From NCBI RefSeq assembly GCF_009834535.1, contig NC_045696.1:81780001-81844000 (forward strand): DNA of 64,000 nt, read 5' to 3'. Positions 26,308 to 40,143 of this stretch are shown in pieces; the first letter of the stretch is position 1; the number at the start of each line of letters is the position of its first letter. This stretch comes from Camelus ferus (taxonomy: Eukaryota). The translations under genes were made by a program, and so were the position numbers. The notes beneath the pieces were generated by a model. It saw only the letters and a list, made by a program, of their open reading frames with translations. It was not told the origin of the DNA and did no database searches.

Positions 26308-26695
26308 GTTTTTTTAAATGACTTATACTTGATTTACAGTGTTGTGTTAGTTTCGGATGTACAGCATAGTGACTCAGTTATACATATATGTATATTCTTT
26401 TTCATTATAGGTTATTATAAGATATTGAATATAGTTCCCGTGCTACACAATAGGACCTTATTGTTTATCTATTTTACATATAATAGTTTGTATCTGCTAA
26501 TCCCAAACTCCCGATTTATTCCTCCTCCCTTTTCCCCTTTGGTAACCATAAGTTTGTTTTCTATGTCTGTGAGTCTCTTCCTGTTTTGTAAATAAGTTCA
26601 TTTGTATCATTTTTTTAGATTCCACATATAAGTGATATCAGATGCTATTTGTCTTTCTCTGTCTGACTTACTTCACTTAGTATGATCATCTCTAC
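26308..26695 (-). mobile_element. 5'-truncated L1 3' end, antisense, same family as the 11.6-12.5 kb copy
   Basis: Reverse complement of about 12120-12500. TSD tgctcttttccatcttct (26290-26307) / tgctctttagcatcttct (26696-26713). Confidence 0.92.
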
Positions 26696-29600
26696 TGCTC
26701 TTTAGCATCTTCTAACCCGTCACGAGGTGAGCCCTGGTGACGGACTCCCTGGGGAGTTGGTGAGGGAAGCAGAGCTGGTGGAGCAGATGCCTTTCCCACA
26801 GATGAGGCTCCCAACCTCCTCCCTGGGCTTGTCTGCAGACCTTCAAAAAGCTTAAGCAGTCTCCCCATTCCAGTGTTCATCTCAGGATGGGTTTTCATGA
26901 CTAAAGATCACTAAAGATTTAGGGACAATTTAGACAGTCTGGTGAGTTTCCTTGTTTTATTTTTCAGAACAAACCATTTTCCCCTCCTCAAACTGAAGCC
27001 AGACTTGACAGGTGCCCACCAGGAGGGCTGGTCCTTTTGTGACCTATTTTCAGTGATCTAAGATCACTCATTCATTCCACAAACCTGCATTTACTTGTTC
27101 CCCTAAACATATATGAGAACTGCTTTTAACCATACTGGGGGGGGGAGGGGAGAGGCAGAAACTTGGAGAGGGTGCAGAGGAAACACAAAGATGAACAAAT
27201 GTAGGGCAGTCTTCAAGCCTCTGGAAGCCTAGCTCCCCAGAACACTGTCTAAATACACAGCTATAGAGTGAAATCTTAATAATGATAGTAGCTGCCCCTG
27301 ATGTTTAAAAAGTCTCTAAGACATAAGTTAGTAAACACTCATTAAATGTCAGGCATTATTATTATTGCTTTTATTATTAGGCAAATGCTGTGCCCTAATA
27401 TTTGGACAGTGCATATACTTCCTCATTTGATCTTCTTGGCCCCCCTGCTAGGTGGATACAGTGTTCCAGTTGTATGCCTAATCATTAATCATTGAGGACA
27501 GATAACATGCCAGGCACCAGCAGAACAGTTATGAATCATCCTCCCAACAAATTCTACAAAATAAGTACCGCTGTCAGATTCATTCTGCAGATGATAAAAC
27601 TGATGTTCAGAGAGGCTGGATGACTTGTCTGGGGCCACAAAGTAGTCAGTGGCAAAAAGAGAGTCTAAATTAGATTATTCCTGCTCCAGAGACTGTTACC
27701 CAACGTTCCTTCATGCAGACACACACCTCAAAACTCACCAGAGAGAATCAAATGAATCAAGGAAACCCTCATTCTTATTGGAGTTTCAAAAGAACCTGTG
27801 GCTCACTCTAGTCTACTGATTAAGAGAGCACTTTTCTAGATCAAAACTTCTGTAACCCAGGTCAGGAAAATGACTTCTAAGCTCAGCACCTCTGTCACCT
27901 GTCAGCAGGGAGAAGGCTGTTGTGAAGTGCTTGCAGCTCTTCTGTGCAGGGCTGGATTGACAGCCCTGTAGGAAGGATGTCAGTTACTAGTTCAGAAAAG
28001 GGGAAGCACAATATAATAGAAATATCCAAGTTTCTCAAATTGCTGATTGTGAAAATGAGTCTTCTACAGCAAACCCAGGAGAATCTGGGCTTCTTTTACA
28101 TCTTCTCCAGCACCTCCTAGAGTGGACAGTGCATACCAAAAGCACCCAGCGTGGCTGTGGGAGGAACTGGCCGCCTGCTTCGGGTTCAGCACAGCAGAGG
28201 TGCTGCAGAAGACAGGGAAGAGCTCCAAGACAAAAGGCTTGGCATCGATGCCAAGAAACAATGCAGGCACACATAAAATAGTCATGAGCACTCAAGAGAC
28301 AAAGGGCTTGGGTCAGAAGTCAGGACACCTGAGATCGAGTTCCAGTGCTGTCCCTCAGCAGCTCAGGACCCTTGAGCAAGTCATTCATATCCCTTGACCT
28401 CAGTTTCCTCCTCTGCAAAATGAAGAGTCTGGATTAAATTGCCTGTATGAGTTAGGGTGATAAAGAACCCAGGGAAGGGAAAGATTTGTAAAGAAAGGTC
28501 CAATGTCTCAACTCTCTGCAGACACATCCCAACACCATGTAACATCAGAGCACTGGGTGCAATCAGTCCCGGAGCTGATCTACTGCACCTCAAGCCCTGT
28601 GCTGCCGTTTGTGTAATTTGGGAAATGTATTTAACCTAGAGCTTCCTAAGCAGGTTGTCAAAAATTACAGGTGTGCCAAGGTTTTGCTCCCTCAGCCCTC
28701 AGGGCAGCAGGAGTGGCAGAGGCCCCAGGTTAGTCACCCCTACCTGTGAACAACCTCATCCCTTTACACATGACCTCCTTCCCACATCCATACAAATGTC
28801 ATTTTCTAGATTTATTCTGTCAAGTGAAGCAGATTGGGAAGTCCTCATAACCTGCCTAGATCTTGAATCTATTATCTATAAATGGAGATAATGATAGTGT
28901 CTGAATCGTAACTATCTCATAAAAACCAAGATCATGTATGTAAAGTGCTTCGTAGAGCTGGTGCACACAGTAAATGTTTAGTAAAGTTTGTTCTTAATTT
29001 ATCACTAGTAACTCTACCGTTGGCCACATCTCCATCCTAACAAGGCTGGGTTCATTCTTAGTGCAAATGAGAAGTAGATAGTTCAGATTCGGAAGCCCCT
29101 CAGCATTCAAACACAAAAACTAGAGCTGGCATGGAGAAGAAGAAACAGCAAGCAATAAAATGAACCTTTGATATAACACCCCAAGGAATGCATTCACCCT
29201 GGACAGTCTGTGTCTGTGCTTTACTGAGTGCCCAAGTTGGCTGTATGTGTGGGAAGAGCAAAGATCTGCTAACATGCATCACAAGCATTTCACACTATAC
29301 TTTACCACTGGCCATCTTCATGGATCTGGCCCCAAAAGTCCCTTGCAAAGTAGATGAAAACATATATAGAAATGTATACATTTACATATATGTATGTATA
29401 TACATACATAAATATATCTTTATAGTCTATCAACTCAAGAAATTTCCCATTTTGGAATAAATTCAGTAATAGTTCTTGGTTATATTTACTTATCTTGAGA
29501 CTTTATAAATACCCCAGTTTATAATTTCTTAGGAATTTTAAAGAAAATAAACAATATAATAAATTTCTCCTATATGTGAAAGATAGATACAAATGCCTAC

Positions 29601-32600
29601 TCCTTTGCAAACATTTCTAAGCATGTTTTAATTATGATGAATCGGGCCAAGAGTCCTCAGTGTTTTCCTTGGTGGGAGTGCCTCTGTTAGGAGACCACCA
29701 ACATATACAAGTGATTCACTGTTCTATTCACTGCAGTTGTCCTGTAGAAAAGTCAGCTAACATCCTACCACTGCTATTGCAATCGGTAGGGGCTATCCAA
29801 CTGGGAACAATCCATCAGGACCATCTAGGTGTGAATCTAGGAAGAACAGTAGCCCCGGATCCTGCTCAGAAGTGTTTACCATGCATACCATCCTTCCTTC
29901 CTCATGGACCAGTAGGCAGCAACACTCATTCCTTAAAATACAAATTTCACACTTATGCCCTGCAGAAAGCCAAATTCTTCTAGAATTTGAGGGCTGCGGA
30001 GTAGAAAGGGGGAAGGAGAAGGAGGCTAGGTGAACGTGGTAGGTGTTTGTATCCCAGGAGGGAGGAGAACTAGAAAGAAGTAGGAGTTGTAACCAAATCC
30101 CCACACCCAGAAGATTCTCTCGAACAGTCTTCTACATCCTGAGTCTCTGGCCCAGTGCTGCCCTTCCTGCACAATGGCCTCGTCTGGGAAAAAGTCAAGA
30201 TGGCACCCCTCTTATGAGGGGTTTCTCATGTCTCTGGGAAGGTCCTCCTCTGAGGCCCGTGGAAGATTCTCTGGGTCTCACTCTCTTGGGCATCTGCTGA
30301 GAACGCAGCCTGTCCCACTGGAATGTGGTCCCACCTGCTCGTCAAATGGGCTGAGGCGGTCACAGAGGGGCTCAAGTGTGTTATCTTAGCACTCACTTTT
30401 AATCCTGTCCACTAAATTCTCAAGCCAAGGGGAGTGGTGGTCTGGTCCCCTCTCAGAAGCTTCTTAGGACTGCCATTTCTGTCCATACCACTTTCCTCTG
30501 TAGAGACACTGCCTACTCCTGGAGAGTGATGAGCTGGAAAACCTTTGACTGGCTGTCACCTCAGCAACTGCTCCCCTTGCCTTTCTGCACAAAGCCTTTT
30601 GGGCCAGTCATCAGAGTCATCTGGATGAGGGGCGGTAGGCCTCATACAGGAAGGCTGAGCGAGAAAATGGGAACTTTCTCTTCACCCTCACAACTTCTAA
30701 CTGGACTTGTAGAACAGAATAGACGTTTCTGGGTTAACGATTTAAAACCTGGAAATAAATTTTTCCAGGTTCTGATTTCAAGAGCATCAAGCACACAGAG
30801 GGCTTGGTCAAGACTCTAGATAACTTCTGATATCCCTGCCAATGCTGAGTTTCTAGAACCATCAGCCAACACTACTTGCTTCCAACCCTCTTTTATTCCA
30901 CCTTCGAGGCAGGGCTCCTGCATAAACACTCCCCAGAAACTACCGCTAAGTAAAGCTCTCAGATTCTTTTTCCTCAACTGTAACAACAGCCATAGCTCCT
31001 ACTAGAGGAGTACCTGCTGTATGCCCAGACTCACGACAACCTGCACAGCAGGCATCACCATCACCATTTTCTAGATGGAGAAACTAAGATTCAGTGAATG
31101 AGGTGACTTGCTCAAGGCCGCAGTTAGTAATAATTCTGGTTGCCATTTATTAAGCTCTTAGTGTGTGCAAGGCATTGGGCAAAGTGATCTGTGTGCATTA
31201 TCTCATTTAGTTGTCTCTGGGTCTCTCTCCAGAGGCTTTGTGGCTCCCATGACACCTCACAGCTTCTCCTAAAGTGAAGAGGGGCTGTTGATGGAGGCCC
31301 CAGCACTCCCTCACAGCTTACCTGAACATGAGATGAGGAACCATGTACAATGGGCCTAGCAGAGGTAGATGCCCCAAAACATACGCCTTTCCCTTTTGTA
31401 ACACCTTTTCCCCTCCAAGGATACCTTTGATGTTAACACAAGGTCACCTACATAAAAATATTAGGAGCCGAGAAAAGGGCAGTTCTAGCCCACCTGCCAC
31501 CTCAGCAATGAAGAGGGACCAAGCTGGCCCAGAAGATGGGCTCAGGGAACAGCTAACCCTGTAGATTCTTTAGTTGAAAGCAACCACGTTTATTATTACC
31601 CTCTTTATTATCATTTGATAAAGCAATCAAATAAACTAATGTACATTAATGACAACACTAACAACAGCATGACCAGACAATAGATACTGGAATTCATCAT
31701 GTTCTGGAAACTGTACTTCCAACAGCTCTAAAATATTTTCATACAGGGAGATCTGGACAAGAAAGTAAACAGATAGTCTGGTCACATTTAATCAGTAAAT
31801 TATTAAACTTCCTTGACCTATTTTGGGGGGGGGTCACTTCTCTGACTATGAGAACAGCTTCTTTCTTTTCTACTTATATGTTGAGACACTGGCACTGTGG
31901 GTTGGGGAACTTTCCAGTCCTCTGTTTCCCACCCAACTTTAACTGGAGCCCTGCCATACACCCCCTGACTGAAGATGCTGCCCATCCCCTAAACAAAGAC
32001 TCTTACTGTCCACCTGGGGCCTGCTCTGGCAGAAAAATTATAAGTCTCTTCTCAGACGCAAAGAACAGGCGTTCCCAGACAAATTGGTTTTCTTCCAGGC
32101 ACATCTGTAAAAATTGCCTGGGCTTCACTGACAGGTGATGGAGTGACCAAGTTTACTCAGGTAGAAGAGACAGTCGAGGTGGGAGGGAGAGAGAGCCTGA
32201 TGGATTACTCCCTGGAAAAGAAACCCACAATTTTCTTGGCTGATCAAGAGCATTGGGAAAAGGACAATGGTGCAGGAATGGCAGGGTCCTGCTGCACATG
32301 ACAGAGGGCTGAAAAGATGATTCTCAGAATCCAGCAACCTGTTTCTCAAAGGGGGGACAGCAATGATGGGGACACTTCTTTACCCACCACCTGGAATTCA
32401 GTGCTTCAGTGAAAACAAATGTTTCCAGGAAAATTCACACTCTATTTCTCTCTAAGATCCCGTGATTCTCCTTATACCATACTCCCAACCTGCACATAAG
32501 CAGTACTAACTACCGTAGCAATATATACAGCAGGTCTGGCCCTGCTGTGAAGTTATACATGGGACGGAGATGTTTTAAGAACACCAAGAAAATGAGAAGG

Positions 32601-35311
32601 AAAATGGATAGCAACCATCTCAGCAAAATGCTATCTTTGGTGAAGTCTGCCTTAAAGACACATTTGGGCCTAAGTGGTGAGTTGCACTGGTGTTGTCCAA
32701 CGGCTGATTCCTTCCTGAGTCTGGGAGTCAGTAGATAATTGGCATTCAGGAGGAACTGACTTCAAGCACGAGGACTCACTGACAGATACAGCTTATTCCA
32801 AACAACCAATCAGGTCTGGTATCTATGACCCATGGCTGGTCACCTCAGGCGGCCTGACAGACCCTCTGAGCAACATGCAGGAGATGGGACTGATCCCAGG
32901 GCCTGAATGACACTGTAGAGTTGACTAATAGTTTTTTTTGGACACTCCTCTCCACTCCTTCTCACACCTCCTGACACCCTCTTTCCCTATGGACAGTCCT
33001 TCTGGCTGTGCAAAGGCCTCACTTCAGAACTCAATGCTGCAGTTCTTTGAAGCAGCCCATGCATTTTCCCCACCCGCTGCACCTAATATGTCCTCTCTTG
33101 TCTTATAATAACTGTTGTTTCTCTGCTCTGTCTTCTCCACTAGACTATCAGACTCACAAAGGAACTGTATTCTTCCTAGTCACCTCTAGGTCTCTAAAAT
33201 CTAACACTAACAGAGATGCATAGAGATGGTACCTTCCAAACATTTTGGATAAATGAAGGAATGAATTGGAAAGCTCCTAGAACAGGGTATCGGGAGGCTT
33301 CCATTCTAGCCCCAGCTCTGTCATTACCTGAATATGCAGCCTCAGGTCTGGGGCTCAGCTGCATCTATCAGGTAAGAGAACAACCCCAATGAATAGCCAA
33401 TGCCCCTCCCCACACCATGCTCAGTACAGCACTGTGAGGCCACAGAGGATGCTCAGAGATTTGGGGGAGGCATGGGTTGGGGGAGATCCTGGGCAGACTA
33501 GCCTCAGGTCTCCCACTCTCTCCTCAGACAGAGCCACCCTTTTACTTATTTATGTGTTAGGCTCTCAAATCAGACTGTGTGTGCAGAGTGGGTTTTACAA
33601 TCAAGACAAAACTTTACAACAATAGTAGATGAACTGTCCAGACCTTTTCAGCTAGATTCCCCCAACCTATTAAATATGTCCCACGCCCTCAACACTTGAT
33701 CCCAGGCCACCTCTTGCAGACTCGTCATCCTCAATCCCCAAAGTAGCCTGCATATGTCATCCCTGCTATGCCCCTTCATCTGCCTGAGACCAGTCTTTCT
33801 CATTTTTTTTCTGCCTGGCAAAGCCCAGCTCACTCTTCAAGATGAAACTCAAAAGCCTCCCCACTTCCCCAGCAACCAAAGACCCATGCTCCCTAAGAAC
33901 CACACTCATACCACTGGGCTCCCAGAGCACCTCATAAATACTCTATAGTATTAAATGCCAGCCTGTGAAATCATCTGTTTATTAAATTCTTTCCCGATTG
34001 GAATATAAATGCTTCAAGGTCAGGAGATCTGCTTTGCTCACCATTTATGTCTCTGATATTCACCTCAGTGCCTGACTCAGTAGGCACTGAAGGAAGGAAA
34101 TTAGAAAGTCAGAAGTCATTCGGGAAACTAGTAGCTGCATTGATAAATATGTTAGGGAATTAGTTAGTAAGTTGAACCACATGTTAATGGGAAAACCTCT
34201 CTATCTGAGTAGAGTAATTGGCATTCAGGTGTAAATAACCATTAGATTTAAACTTTCCAGGTGAAAGCACACTTTTGGAAAGTACTTATTTGATTGCTCT
34301 CTGTGGTGGAATGAAGAGGAAAATGTATTTCTTGAGTGGAGAAACCCTTCTCTACCTTTCGCCTACTCTCAGCTGGGTGTTTCTCCTTTACATCCTCTTA
34401 GGGTGGAGAATCCGCCTCCTGGTTCTAAGAGGGAACCAGAGAACCAGAGCAGGCTGTGAGTGACAGGATGACATTAGAAGGGGAAGAACATGTAGTGATT
34501 ATGTTTACTATTGGGCCACGCTCTCTTAGGCAGTTTGGAAAGTTCACCCTTGTTTGAAAGCACTCTGGGAGAATCTAACCAGAGGCTGGCCTAGTATATC
34601 TATATATGACAGAGCCATAGGCCTTCTGAGCTAAAAAGAAATTCACATGGAAAGGAACCAAATTTTTCTGAACCTCAGATCACACATCATTTGGGGTACA
34701 CACAAGGGGACTGGTAGTGTTTCAAATATGGAATGTTCTAGTGTCTTGTCCCAACCCTCTTTTCAACGTGTAAATCCTAAATTGCGCTAATTTTTAGGCT
34801 GGTAATTAGTCAACTTAACCAAAACTAGTTCTAGGTATAGAAATAAAACAAAACAACAGGGATATTAAAAAATAAAACCAGATGTATGTTTATATTTAAA
34901 ATGTGGACACTGAAAAGGATATCTGAGTTGCAGGCTATGAGGAATCAGTCCCACTCTCTCTAATCCTGCTGAAATGAATCCCCCAATTTCTTAGAGACCT
35001 AGACTTGCCACCTTTGAACAACTCTAATGGAAAGACTTCCATCATGCTGTCTGCAGCACGCAGTCACTCGTTCACGGTCATCTGTACCCCAACGTTGTTC
35101 TCTGTATTGATTTTCTCCAGCTACATGGTTATTCTTTTGGAATCAATATGCCTTTCCCTCTCGAATCACTTGATGAATAGCCAAGGAATGCAAAATCACT
35201 TTGATAATAGCATAAGGCAAATATGATTAGGAAGGTAACTCTGGGGCAAGAAATTTTTAAATGCATTACAAAATTGAATAGAGATTATTCATGAACTATC
35301 TCTCATTTAGA

Positions 35312-36072
35312 ATAGTGATTCTCTATCCCAGTACACCAAATCAACTTTAGATAATAAGTACTCTGCAATTCTTTTTTTCTATTCTGCAATGCAAACTAGA
35401 GATAATGGTACCTTCCTACATACTTAACTTTAAAAAAAATCATTACGCCTTTTGTAGGGAAGATAAATGAAAGAAAAGTAATTTCTAACAAAAATAGTAT
35501 CTCAATGTGTGAATGCGGGGTCATAAGGACATTAGGGGACATACTGAAATCATTGGTTGCCTGCTGTCATTTATAGAACCACTACGAATGCAATTGCTAC
35601 AAACGCACACTCACACAGGTGTGCTGTTTGGTGCTCAAAGACCGTGTCTTGAGCCACTGATGATGTGGTTTTCCCAAATGATGACCAACTCCTGGCAAAT
35701 TCCAAACAAAACAAATTACAACTGTCCCTAAATTCACCCAGTTATCGCAGCCTGGAAAATTCAATGTATATAAAGCCATGCCAAATAAAAGTGCTTAGTA
35801 TTAATATGTAAGATGAAGACAGATTCAAGCTCAAAAGTTACAAACAGGTTTTGACTTACATGAAAGTCCACTGGGACCTTCAGAATCATGTAAGACACAA
35901 GACGGTGCCTTGTTCAGTGGGACGGCCCCACACATGACAGAATGTCTAACAGCCCAGGCACCTGCCCATTTAATGCCACGAGTGCCCACGATAATCATAA
36001 GAACCACAGACACCCTCACAGACTTCCAAAATTCCCCCTCGGAGACAGTGCCACCTTAGCTGAGACAGCTGG
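35312..36072. mobile_element. Charlie4a-like hAT element (degenerate)
   Basis: Similar layout to 17445-18045 (AT-rich 5' part, tgcccatttaatgcca...ttccaaaa 3' part). Family name tentative. Confidence 0.5.
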
Positions 36073-37042
36073 CTTGCAGTGTTTTCTTCAGGACTTCTCC
36101 CGTTGACCCAAATGATTACGAGTTGATTCTAGCTGTGAAACCAAAGAACCTGAGCACTAGAAGGAATCCTGAGGCTCGTCTAGCTGCCCCTCCTTTTACC
36201 CGTGTGAGGCAAGTAAGTTGCCTTTGGATACTCCGTTACCACAGAATCTAGAATAAAAACCATATAAAAACCCTTTCCGTGGTTTTCATTTCTTACTACA
36301 ATTAGAAAGATACCCTTGAAATGTGTCTCTCTTATACACGAGATATTCTGAAATAAAAACTGAATGACTGACAACATTTTCCAGGCTTTTCCAGGACACT
36401 TGCAGTTGAAATCACTGACTCGTCACCACTGAGCTTTAGCACCAGGCTGGATACTCTCTAGTGCCCACTAAAAGCTTGGATTCTTGCATACAGATAAATC
36501 AGGATGCCAAAATAAAATCTCTTACACTATAATATGTTCAAAATCAGAATGTGCCCCAAAGAATTGACTTCTGGGAGCAGAAATTGTCCTATATGGTTAG
36601 AGGCTAATTGGTTTTTTCCACTATTCTCCCCAGACTCCAGTCATCAGGAACCAAGCAGGTTTTTGGAAAATGAACAACTAAGATTCTACATGCACCTGCA
36701 CTGTGCACAGCACAGGGCCTCTTCCTCCAACTTAGGACAGCAAGGGGCTGGTCCCTTCACAAGACCTAAGGAGGATTTGGCAATCTGCTAATTACCCTTG
36801 GTGAAAGGGTTCCGATGGTGAATTGGGTGTTTTTAAATTTAATTTGGCAGATCAAAGATCAAGGAGAGAATGTTTGATTACCCAAATTCAACAATCCTGA
36901 TTCTCCAGATTAAATCAGCAGTCAAATCAATGCCCATTTCAAAAGCATTGCTTGGAAAAATTCTATGTATAAGCCTTGCACGTTGTCAGGTGGTAAAGAA
37001 GGATGGAGAAAAGAAGTCATAGTATATAAGAATTATTGGGTA

Positions 37043-37151
37043 TAAAAAAATATGAAAACGAATATATGTATGTATATGCATGACTGAGACATTGTTCTGT
37101 ATGCCAGAAATTGACACATTGTAATTGACTGTGCTTCAATTTTAAAAAGAA
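37043..37151 (+). mobile_element. Very short (about 110 bp) L1 3'-end insertion
   Basis: gaatatatgtatgtatatgcatgactgagacattg...gacacattgtaattgactgtgcttcaattttaaaaa. TSD aagaattattgggta (37028-37042) / aagaattactgggta (37152-37166). Confidence 0.85.
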
Positions 37152-39365
37152 AAGAATTACTGGGTAAAGCTGTAGATCCTACACTGACAAGGATAAGTTA
37201 CTTGCCCCCTAATCCACTCCTCACACTGCACTTAAAGAGAAACCTACTCTGTACATGCAAATTCAATGCTCTTCAGGAGCAGAGAACACACATGTCCCCT
37301 AAGCTTCCAAGAAAATGTCACCAGGTCCTCACACTCAGCGTTTACACACTCTGTACTTCCCTCATGGAGGAATTCCTCCCCTCAGGCCTTCCTTCTGAGA
37401 CCACTTCCTCTTAATTTTAGACTCACTCTAACCACTTAAACATCAAGTGCTAGAAGCAGCGATTTAGAAAAGGAGGAGTTTGGACTGTGACAGCAACAAG
37501 AAGAAACAACTGACAGTCTGTCCTCCATGAAGGAGATAGAAAACCATTTTACAAAGTGGAGGGAAGGGGGCTGACATAGAAACTCAAAATAAACAGCAGC
37601 CTAGGCCATTCAAAGTAGGGACTAACAGCTTTGCTAGCCTTGAGAGCATCTCCAGGATACAGAAAAATATAGTAATGAATGTAAAAGAAAAGTAAATTAT
37701 GCTCAATATATTTTGTAGCAAAATTCAATATAACAATAGAATCCTAGATTGTCAGTGTAGGAGACCCTTAAGAAAGCGTCCTGGCCTAATTCCTTTACTT
37801 TACAAAGAAGGAAACAACGTAACAGGGTACACAGGTTCAAGGAAGAGAGGTAGAGTTGAGAGGAGAGCGCTGCCCAGCTGGTCCAGTGCTCCTTCCATAT
37901 GGACACCCTGACACGGATGCCACCGAGGGGAAGGAAAAGAGTAACTGCATCACATTTAGTCACCCACTGTGTCATTGCTGTTGACATCTCTGTTTTTGCT
38001 TCCTTGCACTGATTTCACTCCTTTCAAAAGGAAAAGAAACCTGTTCCCTTTAGTCACAAAAGAGTGAACCATTGTTCCCTGATTTGTGATGAGAGAACCT
38101 CAGGGTTGGCCCTTAACAAAACTAGGACTGAAGGTAAAGTTGACTTTGAGTTCCCCTCTACATCCTCCTACAACCCTTTCCTGGTGTGTTTCCTCCAAGC
38201 TGTCTTATGTCTGTCCTCCCAATTGGTACCCCACCCTCTGCCCCCAAATTCAGAGTTCCTAGTACAACGTAGAATACTCTTCCAGCTTCCAGAAGTTTGG
38301 TGTATTCCCAGTCTCTTTCTAATTTGGTCTCTAATTCTATAAAAAAAAAAAAAAAAGAAGAAGAAGCAATATATCATTATTTTTCACTGATACAAGTGGG
38401 GAGCTTGTTACAATGCAGACTCCTGGTCTCCACCTCCTGTAATTACAACTCAACAGATGACTCTGGTGGAAGTGGGCCCTAACCTAACCCACTTTAGAAA
38501 ACACATGGCTTCTGCTTGCCTCTCCAGCATCGCCACCTCCCAGTCCCCCCATGCACATCTCGTGCCACCCAAAACTTGTCTCTCCCCGCCATTTCTTTGC
38601 CTCATGTTCCACTTTCTGTGTGCAATTAATTCCTCCATAGACCTGAAAGCCAGCTGATGTACATGTCTCAACTCTGCTCTCTTTGTTCCTATACATCACT
38701 GCATTGCTGAGCTCACACAGTCTGGTACAGATCCCCTGGAGGGCAGGGCCATGCCTCACTTGTCTTTAATTCCCACCAATTGGCACCATGCCAAGCACAC
38801 AGTAGGCACTCTAAAAGTATTCCCTAAATTACATTTTTCATGTGCTAAATTTCCTAGTTAATAACTAGGCATTGATTTATATTTACATTTTTATTATCCT
38901 CTCCCCAGATATACTACAGGATTTTCAAAAATTGCTTGAGGTATCACTCTCAAATGAGAAGCACCCTCTGCAATACGTAAAAATGAAAGAGAAGAGTGCT
39001 ACACATAATCTAACCCTGGTGCCATCAACTGTGGGGGTCACAATGAGTTAGACCCATGTTCACTCAGGATAGCTGACACCTAAGGAGCAATGACAGAGAC
39101 ACCGCCAATAAATGGGAGTTTTTCTAATGAAGAAGATCAGTTTCTGATAGTTTCTTAGAATTAGTTCTGGCATTCAGGTTAAAAAGGTTTTCCGAAGTGA
39201 AACTGGGAAACATTAGATCTGACTTTGAATTGATTCATATACATAAACTTTGTGTATTTGTTCCAAGATCCAGAGATTTCCAGTATTTTCTACCCAAGAT
39301 GGTTAACCACCAAAGGTTGGCTCCTCTCCAGAAATCCATCGTCCATGTGTGTTTGTCCCATGCAG

Positions 39366-39602
39366 GCGTCTGCTATGCAGAGTTCGGAGTCCGTGTCCCC
39401 AAGACCACCGGGTCGGCCTACACCTACAGCTACGTCACTGTGGGGGAATTCGTGGCATTCTTCATTGGCTGGAACCTCATCCTGGAGTACCTGATTGGCA
39501 CTGCGGCGGGCGCCAGTGCTCTGAGCAGCATGTTTGACTCCCTGACCAACCACACCATCAGCCGCTGGATGGTGGACAGTGTGGGAACCCTCAACGGCCT
39601 GG
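39366..39602 (+). CDS. SLC7A14: SLC7A14 exon 3
   Basis: Acceptor catgcAG|GC; (G)[41 protein letters not shown]...TLNGL, CAT-family signature. Donor CTGG|GTGAGA; 237 nt, phase 1-1. Confidence 0.97.
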
Positions 39603-39932
39603 GTGAGACTGCCACATCCTCTAACCCCAACGTGCGAACTTAGCCAAATAAACGGGGTCCTCCTTCAGGGTGCAATCTGGTAAAATGTGTCCAGGGCCTT
39701 AAATACCTTTTTTTTTTTTTTTTTTTTGCCAAGTGTTCTTCCCCTATAAATTCCCATAAAAGCTTTATATGAAAAGATGTGCATCCCAGCCTTATTTATA
39801 ATAACAAAAAAAATCAGAAACAGCTTAAGTATTCTACAGTGGAGCAAACAATTAAGTAAATTATGGTAGTGTGTTATGTAGCTAGCAACTAAAAGGATGA
39901 CCAGGAAGACTGTTGTAAAAACATGGAGTATG

Positions 39933-40143
39933 GGGGGAAGGGTATAGCTCAAGTGGTAGAGCACATGCTTAGCATGCACAAGGTCCTGGGTTCAATCCTC
40001 AGTACCTTCATTAAAAATAAATAAACCTAATTACCTTCCCCACCCCGGCCAAAAAAAAAAAAAAAACAAAAACAAACAAAAAAAAAAACCTAAAATAATA
40101 TGACAATAAATAAATAAAAATGCTTGAAAATTTTTTCAAAAAA
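39933..40143 (+). mobile_element. Full-length tRNA-derived SINE (camelid Vic-1-like)
   Basis: A box TAGCTCAAGTGG, B box GGTTCAATCC, A-rich tail. Perfect 16-bp TSD aaaaacatggagtatg (39917-39932 / 40144-40159). Confidence 0.92.

Noticed and set aside
39938..40010. tRNA gene
   Set aside because: The tRNA-like head continues into a SINE body, A-tail and TSD, and a second copy is at 4.0 kb.
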